This document shows, piece after piece, positions 19,879 to 30,119 of a stretch of DNA of 64,000 nt. Within the stretch, counting starts at the first letter, position 1. Each line of letters begins with the position of its first letter. This DNA comes from an uncultured candidate division Zixibacteria bacterium (lineage in GTDB: Bacteria > Zixibacteria > MSB-5A5 > GN15 > FEB-12). Where the stretch lies: NCBI GenBank assembly GCA_963735035.1, contig CAVTJJ010000006.1, positions 448,001-512,000 on the forward strand, in the 5' to 3' direction. Made by a program: the position numbers and the translations under genes. The notes beneath the pieces were generated by a model. That model ran no database searches. It worked only from the letters and a program-made list of their open reading frames with translations, and had not been told where the DNA came from.

Positions 19879-21003
19879 ATGAGCAATAAGATCACTTACC
19901 GAAATAACCCCGACAACACATCGTCAGAATCAAACGAAGATTCAGCCAGAACAAGCCGATTTGAGGTAGATCTCCCGGCTATGTTCAAGCTGTTACTGCA
20001 GCGGCGTCGCTGGATATTCAGCGTAGTCGGAACTGTATTCATGGCTACGGCCGTAATCATGTTTTCCACTCACAATCGCTATGTGTCTCAGGCGGTGATA
20101 CTACCGTCGGGCAAGAGCGACAAATTTTCGGCGTTACGCGCTATGGCCGGACTGACGGGTGGTCTGAATCTCGGTGACGACAATACATCCGAGCTCTACC
20201 CTGTGATTCTTCAATCCAATCTGGTGGTCGACTCAGTATTGGCCCGGGAATATACCTTCACTGATGACAGTGACACCATACGGACGACTCTGGCTCAGTA
20301 CATCGGGAAGGACAAGCCGGAATTGTTGAGGCGTTCCCTCGCGGGGATGACTTCAATCAGCACGAGTACCCGGACCGGTGAAATCACCCTGGCGGTCGAA
20401 ACCGAATTTCCAGCGCTTTCCCAACAAGTGGTCTCCGAGTACCTGAACCAACTCGAACGGTATAACTTATTCAGCCGACGTTCCGAAGCTTCAGAGCGAG
20501 TACGGTATCTGGCGCGAGAGCTGGAGGATCGGGAGAAGGCCCTGCGGCAGGCCGAGGATTCTCTCGAGTCCTATCAGAGCCGCAACCGGAACTGGGCGAT
20601 GACAAGCAGCCCACCGTTGTTGAAAGATCTCGTCCGTCTGAAACGTGAGGCCGAAGCCAAGACCCAGACATATGCCTACTTGCTTCAGGAGTACGAAGTC
20701 GCGAGACTGGACGTCCAGAAAGACATGCCGGTAGTTCGTGTTCTCGACCGCGCCTCGTTGCCAACCGTGAAATCGGGCCCCAAACGAGTGATTACTATCC
20801 TGGGTGCTTCCGCGGCGACCTTTGTGTTTATGGTCATAGCGATTTTCGGCGCCGATCTGGTGCAACAGGCGCGACGTCAGGTCGATCCGGAGACTCGGAA
20901 GGAACTATCGGAAATGACAGCCTCCAGTTTTCCGCGTGGTCGACGCCTGTACAACCGGGTACAAGAGCGTCTGAAGAGGGAGCCAATTTCGGTGGACAAA
21001 TAG
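19879..21003 (+). CDS. wzz: polysaccharide chain-length determinant (Wzz/PCP, no kinase domain)
   Basis: Two TM segments flanking a coiled-coil; VRVLDRASLPTVKSGPKR before TM2. Confidence 0.8.
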   Translation: MSNKITYRNNPDNTSSESNEDSARTSRFEVDLPAMFKLLLQRRRWIFSVVGTVFMATAVIMFSTHNRYVSQAVILPSGKSDKFSALRAMAGLTGGLNLGDDNTSELYPVILQSNLVVDSVLAREYTFTDDSDTIRTTLAQYIGKDKPELLRRSLAGMTSISTSTRTGEITLAVETEFPALSQQVVSEYLNQLERYNLFSRRSEASERVRYLARELEDREKALRQAEDSLESYQSRNRNWAMTSSPPLLKDLVRLKREAEAKTQTYAYLLQEYEVARLDVQKDMPVVRVLDRASLPTVKSGPKRVITILGASAATFVFMVIAIFGADLVQQARRQVDPETRKELSEMTASSFPRGRRLYNRVQERLKREPISVDK

Positions 21004-21050
21004 CCCAAATTGGCCTTTCTTAGGGCCTCGTAACCAGCCCCGGAGAGAAA

Positions 21051-22064
21051 TTGGCCGGGACAGCCCTTATTTCTACGATGGCGATTAGCGTGTCCGAAAC
21101 TTCCAGACCGATGTCAAAGACAGCCATTCAAACGGCCCTCGTGCTACCTACGCTCAACGCAGGCGCCGATTTTGTGGTGTGGCTGGATGCTCTGCGGGAG
21201 CAAACCTGCCGGCCTGATCGCCTGCTCCTGATCGATTCCTCGTCCTCCGATTCGACGGGAGAAATGGCCCGGGAATTCGGTTTTGAAGTTCGAACGATCG
21301 AGCAACGTGACTTTTCTCACGGCGGTACTCGCCGGGAAAGTGTCGAACTGCTCGCTGACTCCGAGGTCGTGATCTTCATGACTCAGGATGCCTTTTTCGC
21401 GTCACCCGACGCCCTTGCCAGGCTTGTCGCCCGGTTCGATGATCCCAAAGTTGGCGCGGTTTACGGTCGGCAGTTGCCGCGTAGAGGGGCCAAACCTATC
21501 GAGGCTCACGCCCGGCTGTACAACTACCCTCGGGAATCGTGCGTTAAGACACGCGAGGACATCCCTCAGCTAGGACTCAAGACCTCATTCATTTCGAATT
21601 CTTTTGCCGCCTGGCGACGGACTGCCCTTCTTGAAAGCGGTGGTTTCCCGACTCATACGATTCAAAACGAAGATGCCTTTGTGGCTTCGCGCATGATTCT
21701 ATCCGGCTGGAAAGTAGTCTATGCCGCCGACGCCGAAGTCTACCATTCGCACCCATTCACCTGGGGACAGGAATTTCGGCGTTACTTCGACATAGGTGTA
21801 TTTCACGCCCGCGATCCCTGGATCCGATCGCAATTCGGCCAGGCGGGAGGCGAAGGGCTTCGGTTCGTTAAATCCGAACTGCGATATCTTCGAAGCAAGC
21901 AGCCGACCGCTATTCCATCAGCGATAATCCGTACGGGACTGAAACTCCTGGGCTATAAACTCGGACACATCGAAAAACATCTACCGCACGGTTTGAAAGA
22001 GCGATTGAGCGCTAACAAGGCGTACTGGGAACGGGCCGACGTCGAGCAGGAGGTGACAACGTGA
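21051..22064 (+). CDS. GT2 glycosyltransferase, probable rhamnosyltransferase (RfbN-like); start may be ATG 21078 or 21111
   Basis: PTLNAG, IDSSSSD, FSHGGTR, FMTQDA, YGRQLP, SNSFAAWRR, EFRRYFDIG. Confidence 0.85.
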   Translation: MAGTALISTMAISVSETSRPMSKTAIQTALVLPTLNAGADFVVWLDALREQTCRPDRLLLIDSSSSDSTGEMAREFGFEVRTIEQRDFSHGGTRRESVELLADSEVVIFMTQDAFFASPDALARLVARFDDPKVGAVYGRQLPRRGAKPIEAHARLYNYPRESCVKTREDIPQLGLKTSFISNSFAAWRRTALLESGGFPTHTIQNEDAFVASRMILSGWKVVYAADAEVYHSHPFTWGQEFRRYFDIGVFHARDPWIRSQFGQAGGEGLRFVKSELRYLRSKQPTAIPSAIIRTGLKLLGYKLGHIEKHLPHGLKERLSANKAYWERADVEQEVTT

Positions 22065-23149
22065 GCAGTTGTGTCATCTTTGGCGGCTCAGGATTTATCG
22101 GTACGCACATGGCCCGGCATTTCCTCAAGACCGGCCGGTTTCAGCACGTGCATCTGGCGGATATAGCGCCCACGTCGCTGCAGACTACGCCCGGTGTTTC
22201 TTATTCTCTTACCGACGTACGCGAGAACATCTCGACCTCGCTGGTGAAAGAACGCCCCGAATGGATCTTCAATTTGGCGGCCATTCACCGCGAACCGGGG
22301 CACGAACGTCACGAGTATTTCGAGACCAATCTGGCCGGTGCCCGCAATGTGTGCGACTTCGCCGAAGCGGTAGGCTGCAACAATATCTATTTCACGAGCA
22401 GTATTTCGGTCTACGGCCCCACGACCGGACCGACCAGCGAGCAGTCACCGATCCGACCGTCGACTCCCTACGGTAGTTCGAAATTTCCCGCCGAGTTGAT
22501 GCACGAATCGTGGCGGCGCGCCGGTACAAATCGGAGGCTGATAATCGCCCGCCCCGGCGTAGTCTATGGTCCCGGCGATCCGGGTAATATCATGCGGATG
22601 ATCCGGGCCATCCATCGTGGTTATTTCGCCTTCCCCGGTGATCGACACATTTACAAATCATACGCCTATATCTACGGACTTCTGGACAGTGTCGATTTTG
22701 CGATGGACCGCACCGAACCTACGATTACTTACAATTATGTTGAGACGCCAACCCAACCTTTGGACGAAGTGGTCAAGCAGGTAAAGGGATTCCTGGGATG
22801 TCGCGCTCTTGTGATGCCGCTCCCGCTCTGGCTGCTGCTCCCTGCATCAAGATTGATACAGGCGTTCGCGGGCAATCGAAATCCGATCCACCCGGTGCGG
22901 GTTCGTAAGGCGGCCACTCCGACTCATATTGTTCCGCAGACGCTTCTGGATCTGGGTTTTCGATTCAAGTACGATTTTCTCTCGTCACTTGTGCATTGGT
23001 ACGAAGTTGCCCCATCGGATTTTGAATTTGCATTGCCGCTAAAGCGTTCGGGTAAGTTGACCTTGATGCGCAGCGGCGAGAATACCGACTCACGTGATGC
23101 CGAAGGCATTGCTGTGCTCGAAGAGGAAGAGGCCCGCCGAGAAGTCTAG
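22061..23149 (+). CDS. NAD-dependent epimerase/dehydratase
   Basis: GGSGFIG, FNLAA, TSSISVYG, YGSSK, RPGVVYGPG. Confidence 0.9.
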   Translation: MSSCVIFGGSGFIGTHMARHFLKTGRFQHVHLADIAPTSLQTTPGVSYSLTDVRENISTSLVKERPEWIFNLAAIHREPGHERHEYFETNLAGARNVCDFAEAVGCNNIYFTSSISVYGPTTGPTSEQSPIRPSTPYGSSKFPAELMHESWRRAGTNRRLIIARPGVVYGPGDPGNIMRMIRAIHRGYFAFPGDRHIYKSYAYIYGLLDSVDFAMDRTEPTITYNYVETPTQPLDEVVKQVKGFLGCRALVMPLPLWLLLPASRLIQAFAGNRNPIHPVRVRKAATPTHIVPQTLLDLGFRFKYDFLSSLVHWYEVAPSDFEFALPLKRSGKLTLMRSGENTDSRDAEGIAVLEEEEARREV

Positions 23150-23169
23150 TGGATTCGTTCGAAGCAAAC

Positions 23170-23204
23170 AAAAAGGCCGCGGATGTTCTATCAGCGGCTT
23201 TCTT
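23170..23204. terminator. probable bidirectional intrinsic terminator
   Basis: AAAAAGGCCGC...GCGGCTTTCTT between convergent genes. Confidence 0.6.
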
Positions 23205-23221
23205 CATATCAAGTAATCATC

Positions 23222-24634
23222 TTAGTCACAGTGGCCGGGGCCAATGAGACCGTTGTTATAGTTGTCCAACTTGCTCTGCCAGTTCAGTACCAACTTCTGA
23301 TTGGTCTTGCTTAACGAAGCCCAATCCAGATAGTTGTGAGTGGCCAGGAAAGTATCGGCGGCGCTAATAATGCTTGCAACGGCTCCGTTACTGGCGCCAG
23401 CTGCTATATTCAGCTTCGCGCCCAACAACTGTGCATACAGCTTGGTGATGCCGTTCGACGGCGCCCCATAGGTCTTCATGACCAGGATGTTATGAGCTAT
23501 GACGCCACTGCTGACTTCCATGCTCTCGATGCCGCCGGGAGTGCCCAGCCAGATCGGCAGGTACTGCGTGACGTAATCCGGCTGCGGGCCGAATCCACCG
23601 TGATTCTTCCAGTAGCCGATGGTCAGCGTACAGCCACCCAGATGCGGCGAGTAGAGACCGGCGTCCCAGGTCATGTCGTTCTCACCGGAATCCAGCGTTG
23701 TGCAGGCGGTCAGACCGGTCGTTAGATCGGCATCGCTGTCAACCGCATCGTCCAGCCCCTGATCCATCGGGCTGAAATCCATGCCTTCGGGAGCCACAAA
23801 GAGAACGCGGTAATCACCGGGAGTCAGGTTGGCGAACAGGTAATGGCCGCTCGCATCGGTGGTTGTCGTGGCCAGTACGTTTCCGGCGCAATCTTGAAGC
23901 TGCACTGTTACACCCGGAATACCGACTTCACCGACATCCTGAATTCCGTTCTCGTTGGTGTCGTACCAGACGAAATCACCGAGAGAAGCGGGCTTGGGCA
24001 CTACCGGCAGGTCGAATCTCAAAAGAGCCTGTTTTTCGGCATCACCGACAGTCGGCCAGCCCACGAACATGTCGGGTATCAGACCCATGTTGTCATTCGG
24101 GTAATTCTGAGCGATGGAAGCGTCGGCCAGCGCCGCATACTGTTCACTCACTGGTCCACCCGGAGTGGAGTAAGTGACTTCCAGCATCGGCTGATTGGCT
24201 ACGTTCTCACGACTGTTGATCCAGGTCCTCGGCGTCTCATCCAGCCCCTGTTTCAGCAAGACACCGAAATTGGCAGCGTCGCCGCTGGACCAGGACTGCA
24301 CCAGGGCCGTAATGTCGACCGTCTTCCAGCCCGGGGCGTCGGACAGGAATGAGCCCTGGGTGGTTCCGTCGAAGGCACCGGCGAAGCTATTCCAAGTGAC
24401 TACGGATTCAACCCAGTCAGCCGTGATACGGTGAGCCGTAATCGTGCGGCTGCTAGCTTGACTTACATAGACATGAAGGACGGCGGAAGTGACGCCATCG
24501 CCGACCGTCGGCGCATACTGTACCGCCAGGTACGGAGCCACGCCCATGTTGTTCTGCTCCGGATTTTGCGAACAGCCGACCAGCAGTATGGCTACTGCGA
24601 CCGGCACCAACAGAAACCTGATCGATTTTGACAC
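23222..24634 (-). CDS. lipoprotein with DNRLRE/CBM96-like domain and SdrD B-like domain
   Basis: Lipobox [21 protein letters not shown]...DSDAD...WDAGL; GAGGAG upstream of GTG 24634. Confidence 0.8.
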   Translation of the reverse strand: MSKSIRFLLVPVAVAILLVGCSQNPEQNNMGVAPYLAVQYAPTVGDGVTSAVLHVYVSQASSRTITAHRITADWVESVVTWNSFAGAFDGTTQGSFLSDAPGWKTVDITALVQSWSSGDAANFGVLLKQGLDETPRTWINSRENVANQPMLEVTYSTPGGPVSEQYAALADASIAQNYPNDNMGLIPDMFVGWPTVGDAEKQALLRFDLPVVPKPASLGDFVWYDTNENGIQDVGEVGIPGVTVQLQDCAGNVLATTTTDASGHYLFANLTPGDYRVLFVAPEGMDFSPMDQGLDDAVDSDADLTTGLTACTTLDSGENDMTWDAGLYSPHLGGCTLTIGYWKNHGGFGPQPDYVTQYLPIWLGTPGGIESMEVSSGVIAHNILVMKTYGAPSNGITKLYAQLLGAKLNIAAGASNGAVASIISAADTFLATHNYLDWASLSKTNQKLVLNWQSKLDNYNNGLIGPGHCD

Positions 24635-24785
24635 TCTTGGATCTCCTCTCAATAAGTGACAATGGGATCAACTATTATGCAAACACGTTAATACTCTTGG
24701 CGAGATAGGTAAACTAGCCTGAATAGCGATATTTCATAAGTGCCTGTTTATCACAGCGAGTCACGCTCGCAGATCATAAGTAAAG

Positions 24786-24800
24786 GCAAAGAACGTGCCT
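24786..24800 (-). promoter_or_regulatory. sigma-54 (-24/-12) promoter
   Basis: Minus strand AGGCACGTTCTTTGC, GG-N10-GC, close to consensus TGGCACG-N4-TTGC. Confidence 0.6.
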
Positions 24801-24936
24801 GATTTCCCAATGAGGCCAAGTGAACGTATCCATGTATTACAAACGTGGACCCGACTTGGCCACTATTGTGTGTGACGTCCGATAACCTATATGAGAATAG
24901 TCTTAGATTCTGACCGAAAGATTCGAGTAAGTGTAC

Positions 24937-26193
24937 CTACCGGTACACGCTGTCTGGCTGCCAGGAGAACGCCCAGACCGCCACCAGAATCTGGCGAAGT
25001 TCTTCGTCGGCAAAGACGCACTCAGTCAACGAGCCGGCAATGAACGCCACAGTGGCGACCAGTCCGGCCAGAGCAAGTGCTCTCTGGGCGGAAGACCCGC
25101 CCGGAAGGCGGCTGAACTTCCACAGATGTCGAACGGCGACTGTAATGAAGATCAGAAACAATATTGCGGCCGGAAAACCACTTACTGCCGCCTGATGGAG
25201 AATATCATCGTGAGCGTGGCCTTTGGATCCGGTGCCGGCAAACTCGGGCGGCAAGTGTGCGGCATACGCCTCGCCGAAATTGCCCGGACCACAACCGAAC
25301 AGAGGGTTGTCTATTGCTACATCCCAGGCGCGCGCCCAAATAAACACCCGACCTTCGGGGTTGTCTGGTTGCCAGTCGTTGGACACACGCTGAGAAAAAA
25401 CGCCCCAGAGCCCGGGGGAGAGGACCAGCGCCAATACTGCGACGGCAATCAGTCCAACAATCACCCAACGCAGGCGACCGAGCAGCAATCCGAGCGCCGC
25501 CAAACCAATCACGAATGCCGCCATCGGACCCCGACTATTGCTTAGGACCGACGCCAGCACTCCGAGCGTGGCCGTCAAGAGTAGTACCAGGCGCATGATG
25601 CGATCCTGGGACCGAAAGGTGCGGATCAGGTAGGTCAGGAAGAAGACTGTCGCGGTCACGACATAGTAACCGTACGTCAACGGATGAGAAAAACTTCCGG
25701 AGAGACGAAAGCTGTCACCGGTCGTGTGAAGATGCTGATCTGAGAAGAAACGAACTCCGTTGAAATGCTGCACGATTCCGTAAACCGAAGCCAGCGCCAG
25801 CCCCGACGCCAACGCAATGAGCAGCTTCCGTGAGAGTCTTGGGTCGCGATTAAGGAATAAGCCAATGGGGAGAATGACCAGCAGCCATTCTTCCCGGATG
25901 CAGTTCAGGGAGCGCCACGGATTGTCATTCACCAGGGACGAAATGACCAGCCAGACAAAATAGACGAGCCAGGCCACGAGTAGTGGCTTCAAAGGGTCCT
26001 TTTCAGGCCAGGACCGCTGCCTTATCAGGACGACGCCATAGAGGACGACGCAAAGGCCGAGAGAAACCTGGGCGGCCGCTATAGAAAACGCCGAGGCGAA
26101 GAGAAATATGCCAAAAACGATAGCCAGACCGCTGCGAAGTCGGCTATCTGGGGCACCCGAATCAGATGCTATGGTTTGGGCCTGGCTGCACAT
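24937..26193 (-). CDS. waaL: O-antigen ligase family protein (WaaL/Wzy_C)
   Basis: Multi-TM; RLSGSFSHP, SNSRG, GRVFIW, PLFGCGPGNF, GHAHDDIL; likely start ATG 26193. Confidence 0.8.
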   Translation of the reverse strand: MCSQAQTIASDSGAPDSRLRSGLAIVFGIFLFASAFSIAAAQVSLGLCVVLYGVVLIRQRSWPEKDPLKPLLVAWLVYFVWLVISSLVNDNPWRSLNCIREEWLLVILPIGLFLNRDPRLSRKLLIALASGLALASVYGIVQHFNGVRFFSDQHLHTTGDSFRLSGSFSHPLTYGYYVVTATVFFLTYLIRTFRSQDRIMRLVLLLTATLGVLASVLSNSRGPMAAFVIGLAALGLLLGRLRWVIVGLIAVAVLALVLSPGLWGVFSQRVSNDWQPDNPEGRVFIWARAWDVAIDNPLFGCGPGNFGEAYAAHLPPEFAGTGSKGHAHDDILHQAAVSGFPAAILFLIFITVAVRHLWKFSRLPGGSSAQRALALAGLVATVAFIAGSLTECVFADEELRQILVAVWAFSWQPDSVYR

Positions 26194-26311
26194 GAAGCGA
26201 CAAAGTATTCCGGAACGTGGGTCCTCACAAGGATTGTTTGGGAGCGGCCGGAAATTGAGATGCCACCCCCCTGACCGATGCCTCGGTGTCCGGAACGGCT
26301 CATTTTTTGGA

Positions 26312-26339
26312 TTGATTTTGTCGACCTGGGTCGTATATT
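26312..26339 (+). promoter_or_regulatory. sigma-70-type promoter for tRNA-Tyr
   Basis: TTGATT-16-TATATT about 50 nt upstream of the tRNA. Confidence 0.45.
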
Positions 26340-26389
26340 GACGCTCCCTGAAATCAGGGAGACGCGGTTTTCCGCGATTGCCAGCCCGT

Positions 26390-26474
26390 GGTGGGGTTCC
26401 CGAGTGGCCAAAGGGAACAGACTGTAAATCTGTCGGCGTTGCCTTCGAAGGTTCGAATCCTTCCCCCACCACCA
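26390..26474 (+). tRNA. tRNA-Tyr (GTA)
   Basis: Acceptor GGTGGGG/CCCCACC, anticodon arm ACAGA-CTGTAAA-TCTGT, long variable arm, TTCGAAT loop, encoded CCA. Confidence 0.98.
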
Positions 26475-26599
26475 GTACCTGTCCAAACTCCCGAGGGGTT
26501 CCGTCCCGAAGTTCAGTCAGACGGTCGGCAGCTCTTGGCCGACTGAGCGCTTCTTTTTGCAACCCATGGGCCATATCTTTCGTCTTCTTTGGAACGAAC

Positions 26600-27973
26600 A
26601 TGATCGATCTTGAAGAGAAAACCCGAGCCGATTACACTGAGGGATCAGTCTTTATCTCCATTTTCAAGATGGGGCTGCCCTCGATGGTGGGCTACATGGC
26701 CCAGCACCTGTACGCCATGGCGAATATGTTCTGGGTGGCCAGGCTTCCGGAGTCCGAATCGGCGGTGGCCGGGATAACATTCTTCAATAATTTCCTCTTC
26801 TTCTTGTTTGCCCTCAACGCCATGGTCGGACCGGGGTCGGTGGCGGTGATTTCGCGGCGGTACGGCGAGCGAGCTTTCGACGAGGCCGAGACGGCTATCA
26901 AAGAATGCCTGACCATGAAGCTTTTTTTCGGGGTGGTTATGGCCCTGTTCGGTTACATCTATCTGGAAGACATGCTGAGCCTGTTGGGGGCGCGCGGGGA
27001 AGCCCTAAGGCTGGCGACCGGCTACGGCCAGATACTTCTGATCGGCCTGCCGATCCAGTACGCAACATTTACCATCTTCACGGCCATGCGGGGCGTGGCC
27101 AATCCTACCCTGGCGATGGGCCTGATGCTCGGAGCCAATATCTTCAACGCCGCCCTCGACCCGATCTTGATATTCGGATATCTCGGCTTTCCCGCTATGG
27201 GGGTCAACGGTGCTGCCTGGGCTTCCGTTATCACTTTCAGCCTGGCATTGATTATCGGGTTCGTACTTTTCCAAACCAGGTGGACGAATGTGAACCTGAG
27301 TCTGGGCCACCACTCTCGAATGAGCGTGGCCTCGATGTGGAAGATCGTTCGGATAGGGATTCCGGCTTTCATAGGCGAAGCTTCGTTCTCCGGTTCGCGT
27401 CTCCTGATTACGCCGATTGTCGCCGCCTACGGGACCGACGTTGTAGCGGCATACGGAGTCGGAATGCAGCTTACCGGTTTCGGAGTGATGATTCTGGTGG
27501 GGCTGGGTCTCGGGCTGTCTTCTCTTATTGGACACAACATGGGAGCGGCCAAGCTCGAACGGGCCCGCAAGACGGCCGATCACTCGATTTTGGCTGGTAT
27601 CGGCACCATGGCCTTGTTCGGACTCGCCACGTTTGTCGGGGCGGAATACTACCTGAGACTGTTCTTTGAATCCCCTACAACCATCCATCATGGCGTGGAA
27701 ATGCTTCGGATTATGGCCCTCGGATTCCCGTTTCTGGGCGCCTTCCTCATGATCGAGCAGATATATGTCGGCGTGGGCCAAAACATCCCGCCCATGGTCG
27801 TTCTCGGTATACACGGCTGGGGATTGCAGGTGGTCCCGGCGCTTCTGACAACGCAGGTATTTGGTCTCGGACAAACTGCTGTCTGGTGGGTGCTCGCAAT
27901 GTCGGGAGGGATTAGTTCGGCCGCGTTCTATTTGTATTACCGTCGCGGCAAGTGGCTGTCGTCAACAGTCTGA
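26600..27973 (+). CDS. MATE family efflux transporter
   Basis: DYTEGSV...MGLP, LDPILIFG...GVNGAAWAS, VVAAYG; about 12 TM; start ATG 26600. Confidence 0.92.
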   Translation: MIDLEEKTRADYTEGSVFISIFKMGLPSMVGYMAQHLYAMANMFWVARLPESESAVAGITFFNNFLFFLFALNAMVGPGSVAVISRRYGERAFDEAETAIKECLTMKLFFGVVMALFGYIYLEDMLSLLGARGEALRLATGYGQILLIGLPIQYATFTIFTAMRGVANPTLAMGLMLGANIFNAALDPILIFGYLGFPAMGVNGAAWASVITFSLALIIGFVLFQTRWTNVNLSLGHHSRMSVASMWKIVRIGIPAFIGEASFSGSRLLITPIVAAYGTDVVAAYGVGMQLTGFGVMILVGLGLGLSSLIGHNMGAAKLERARKTADHSILAGIGTMALFGLATFVGAEYYLRLFFESPTTIHHGVEMLRIMALGFPFLGAFLMIEQIYVGVGQNIPPMVVLGIHGWGLQVVPALLTTQVFGLGQTAVWWVLAMSGGISSAAFYLYYRRGKWLSSTV

Positions 27974-27981
27974 TCGAGTCG

Positions 27982-28986
27982 CTATCGGGGCCCGGCTGGA
28001 CCAAGCATCTGAGCGAATTGCTCAAGGAGACCGCGATCGAAGGCATTCTCGTCATCAAACATATTCTTGAGGACCGGAAAGGCTTCCAGTGCGGGTCGAT
28101 AGACTCGTCGGGTCGTCATAGCGTCGAACACGTCCGCGATAGCCGCAATCTTGCCGTACAAGTGAATCTCGTGTCCGCCGCGGCCTCGGGGATATCCAGA
28201 GCCGTTCTCGCGCTCATGATGTTCGATAATCGGATGGTACGATTCACGGTCGATCAGGTCGATGTCTTTCAGAATATCGCAACCCCACTGCGGATGCTTT
28301 CGTATAAGATCCATCTCAGGCGCGGTTAGGGGAGTGGTCTTGGACAGTATCGAATCATCGATCTTGGTCTTGCCGATGTCGTGCAGTAGGGCTCCTGTGC
28401 CGAGAGTCTTCAGGACCTTCGGATCTTTGAGCCCGGTATGCTGGGCCAGAGCGAGGGAAAGAGCGCACACGTTCACGGAATGGGTATAGGTCGAGTAATC
28501 GAACGACATCACCTGAAGCAGGCTGTCGAAAGCCGCTTTGCCGGTGAGTACGAATCCGACGGTTGATTCCACCAACTCCTGACTGCGCCTGATATTGTCA
28601 CCCATGACCGGACGGGAAAACAGCTCCGCCATCAGGTACTTGGCGCTGTCATAGACGATACCGGCCCGCACCGATTCCCTGAGACTGCTGTCATGTACGA
28701 TCGCCTTTAGATTCTGCTCGAGATAGAGTTGATAAGCGTTGCGATCACGAGTGGTGACATAGAGGCGTGTGACGTTATTATCTATCAGCGCCTGGCGATT
28801 CTCTTCGGTGAATGATGTGCCCGAGGCACGATATAACACCATGGTATTTCCCTGATTTATGTAGAGATCAAAATCGGGGATAGTATCAGAACGCAACGAG
28901 TCGAGATAAATCGGCAAGTAGCCCGCGGAGATCTTGGCCAAAGTTGAAGCGGAATCCATGTTGGTCATTACATCCATTTTCGACAC
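27982..28986 (-). CDS. HD-GYP domain protein (cyclic dinucleotide phosphodiesterase family)
   Basis: TYTHSVNV, LLHDIGK, HHERENGSGYP, IADVFDAMT. Confidence 0.92.
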   Translation of the reverse strand: MSKMDVMTNMDSASTLAKISAGYLPIYLDSLRSDTIPDFDLYINQGNTMVLYRASGTSFTEENRQALIDNNVTRLYVTTRDRNAYQLYLEQNLKAIVHDSSLRESVRAGIVYDSAKYLMAELFSRPVMGDNIRRSQELVESTVGFVLTGKAAFDSLLQVMSFDYSTYTHSVNVCALSLALAQHTGLKDPKVLKTLGTGALLHDIGKTKIDDSILSKTTPLTAPEMDLIRKHPQWGCDILKDIDLIDRESYHPIIEHHERENGSGYPRGRGGHEIHLYGKIAAIADVFDAMTTRRVYRPALEAFPVLKNMFDDENAFDRGLLEQFAQMLGPAGPR

Positions 28987-29075
28987 TTATAGTCCTCCCC
29001 TTGAGCGTGCCTACAGCAACCCTCTTGCGCGGTTGTGGTAGAAATGCGACAGTATGTCCGAACAGATGGAAGTGT

Positions 29076-29765
29076 CTATGGACGTCCGATGAGGCTGTTG
29101 AACTGGTCGGCGGTCAGCTCTTGCTCTCGCCGGGAGCTGATATTCAGTCTGAAGAAGCGCTTTATCTGACCGGCGTCCGCTCCCAGTTCGGTGCGGTAGT
29201 AGATCCATTCCTGGCCCGGTCGCAAGCTGATTTCGCCGTAATAGACATTGTTGGGGGTCGATACCCTCTCGCAAACGCCGGAGAATCGACGCTCAAGAAA
29301 CAGGGTTGAATTGGGAGTAACAGCGATCTTCACACGAACCGACAGCGTTCCCTGCGAAGCCAGATTCGAATAAATGCCACTGAATGAACCGGACGTCAAC
29401 CCCAGGGACACTCCGTCTTGATCCAGTGCGAGAAGATCGGCATGGAGGCGCCGAAGCCGTTTCAGTGAGAGAGGCGGTGCAAAACTCAGGGTGATAGTGT
29501 CGAAGTCACACACCCTGATCGAGCCTACCTGCTGGCAGTTGGTGCGTTGGTAATTGGCGCAGTCTACCAATCCGTAACGATTCAATACTTCACATATCTT
29601 GAGCCACTGATTTTGCTCAGCGTCGCCTTCATGAGCGACCGCCTTGATGCTGAGAGTTATCTTTTCGAAACTGGGATCGTTCCCGCCCGGTCGAATGGCA
29701 GCGCACCCGGAGAGAGCGAGTAAGGCGACTATAAGAATTGATGCGGTTCGGACGTTGTAAATCAT
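29076..29765 (-). CDS. hypothetical lipoprotein
   Basis: Signal peptide with lipobox LSGC; no recognised domain. Confidence 0.65.
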   Translation of the reverse strand: MIYNVRTASILIVALLALSGCAAIRPGGNDPSFEKITLSIKAVAHEGDAEQNQWLKICEVLNRYGLVDCANYQRTNCQQVGSIRVCDFDTITLSFAPPLSLKRLRRLHADLLALDQDGVSLGLTSGSFSGIYSNLASQGTLSVRVKIAVTPNSTLFLERRFSGVCERVSTPNNVYYGEISLRPGQEWIYYRTELGADAGQIKRFFRLNISSRREQELTADQFNSLIGRP

Positions 29766-29935
29766 GTTACGGTCAATGGCTACAGCTTCACGTAATCCAT
29801 ATGTGGATTATAGACACTGACTCAACACAATCAACAAAATTAGCGGGGCAGGAAGTATTCAGCCGAGATATCGCCAAATAGGATCAAAGCGGAAGTTTGG
29901 TCAGACCTGAAGAGGTTGTTTCGCAAGTTCGAAAG

Positions 29936-30068
29936 GTTGTGTCAGGTCCTGTCCCAGGCCCGCCGAAGGCGGGGCGGGGATGTGACCTGACACTGCAACT
30001 CATTCGCATTGAGGGGTGTCAGTTCACACGCCCCCGATTAAGATCGGGGGCGCAGGAACTGACACAAC
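29936..30068. repeat. inverted pair of REP-like palindromic elements
   Basis: 29936-29993 and the reverse complement of 30016-30068 both read GTTGTGTCAG(G/T)TCCTG-hairpin-TGTGA(C/A)CTGACAC. Confidence 0.75.
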
Positions 30069-30119
30069 GTCATTCGGCCTAATGGGAAAACCTCCGACAG
30101 TCCGCCCGAAATATCTATT

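Noticed and set aside
26344..26361. Perfect dyad CTCCCTGA-AA-TCAGGGAG as a MerR-type operator
   Set aside because: It lies downstream of the better-fitting promoter, around the tRNA leader, and no -10 pairs with the adjacent TTGACG
26194..26601. N-terminal extensions of ORFs 24937..26601 (-) and 26378..27973 (+)
   Set aside because: Both run through tRNA-Tyr; homology-like sequence begins at ATG 26193 and ATG 26600
29936..30068. Possible CRISPR array
   Set aside because: Only two units, inverted rather than direct, and no cas genes in the window
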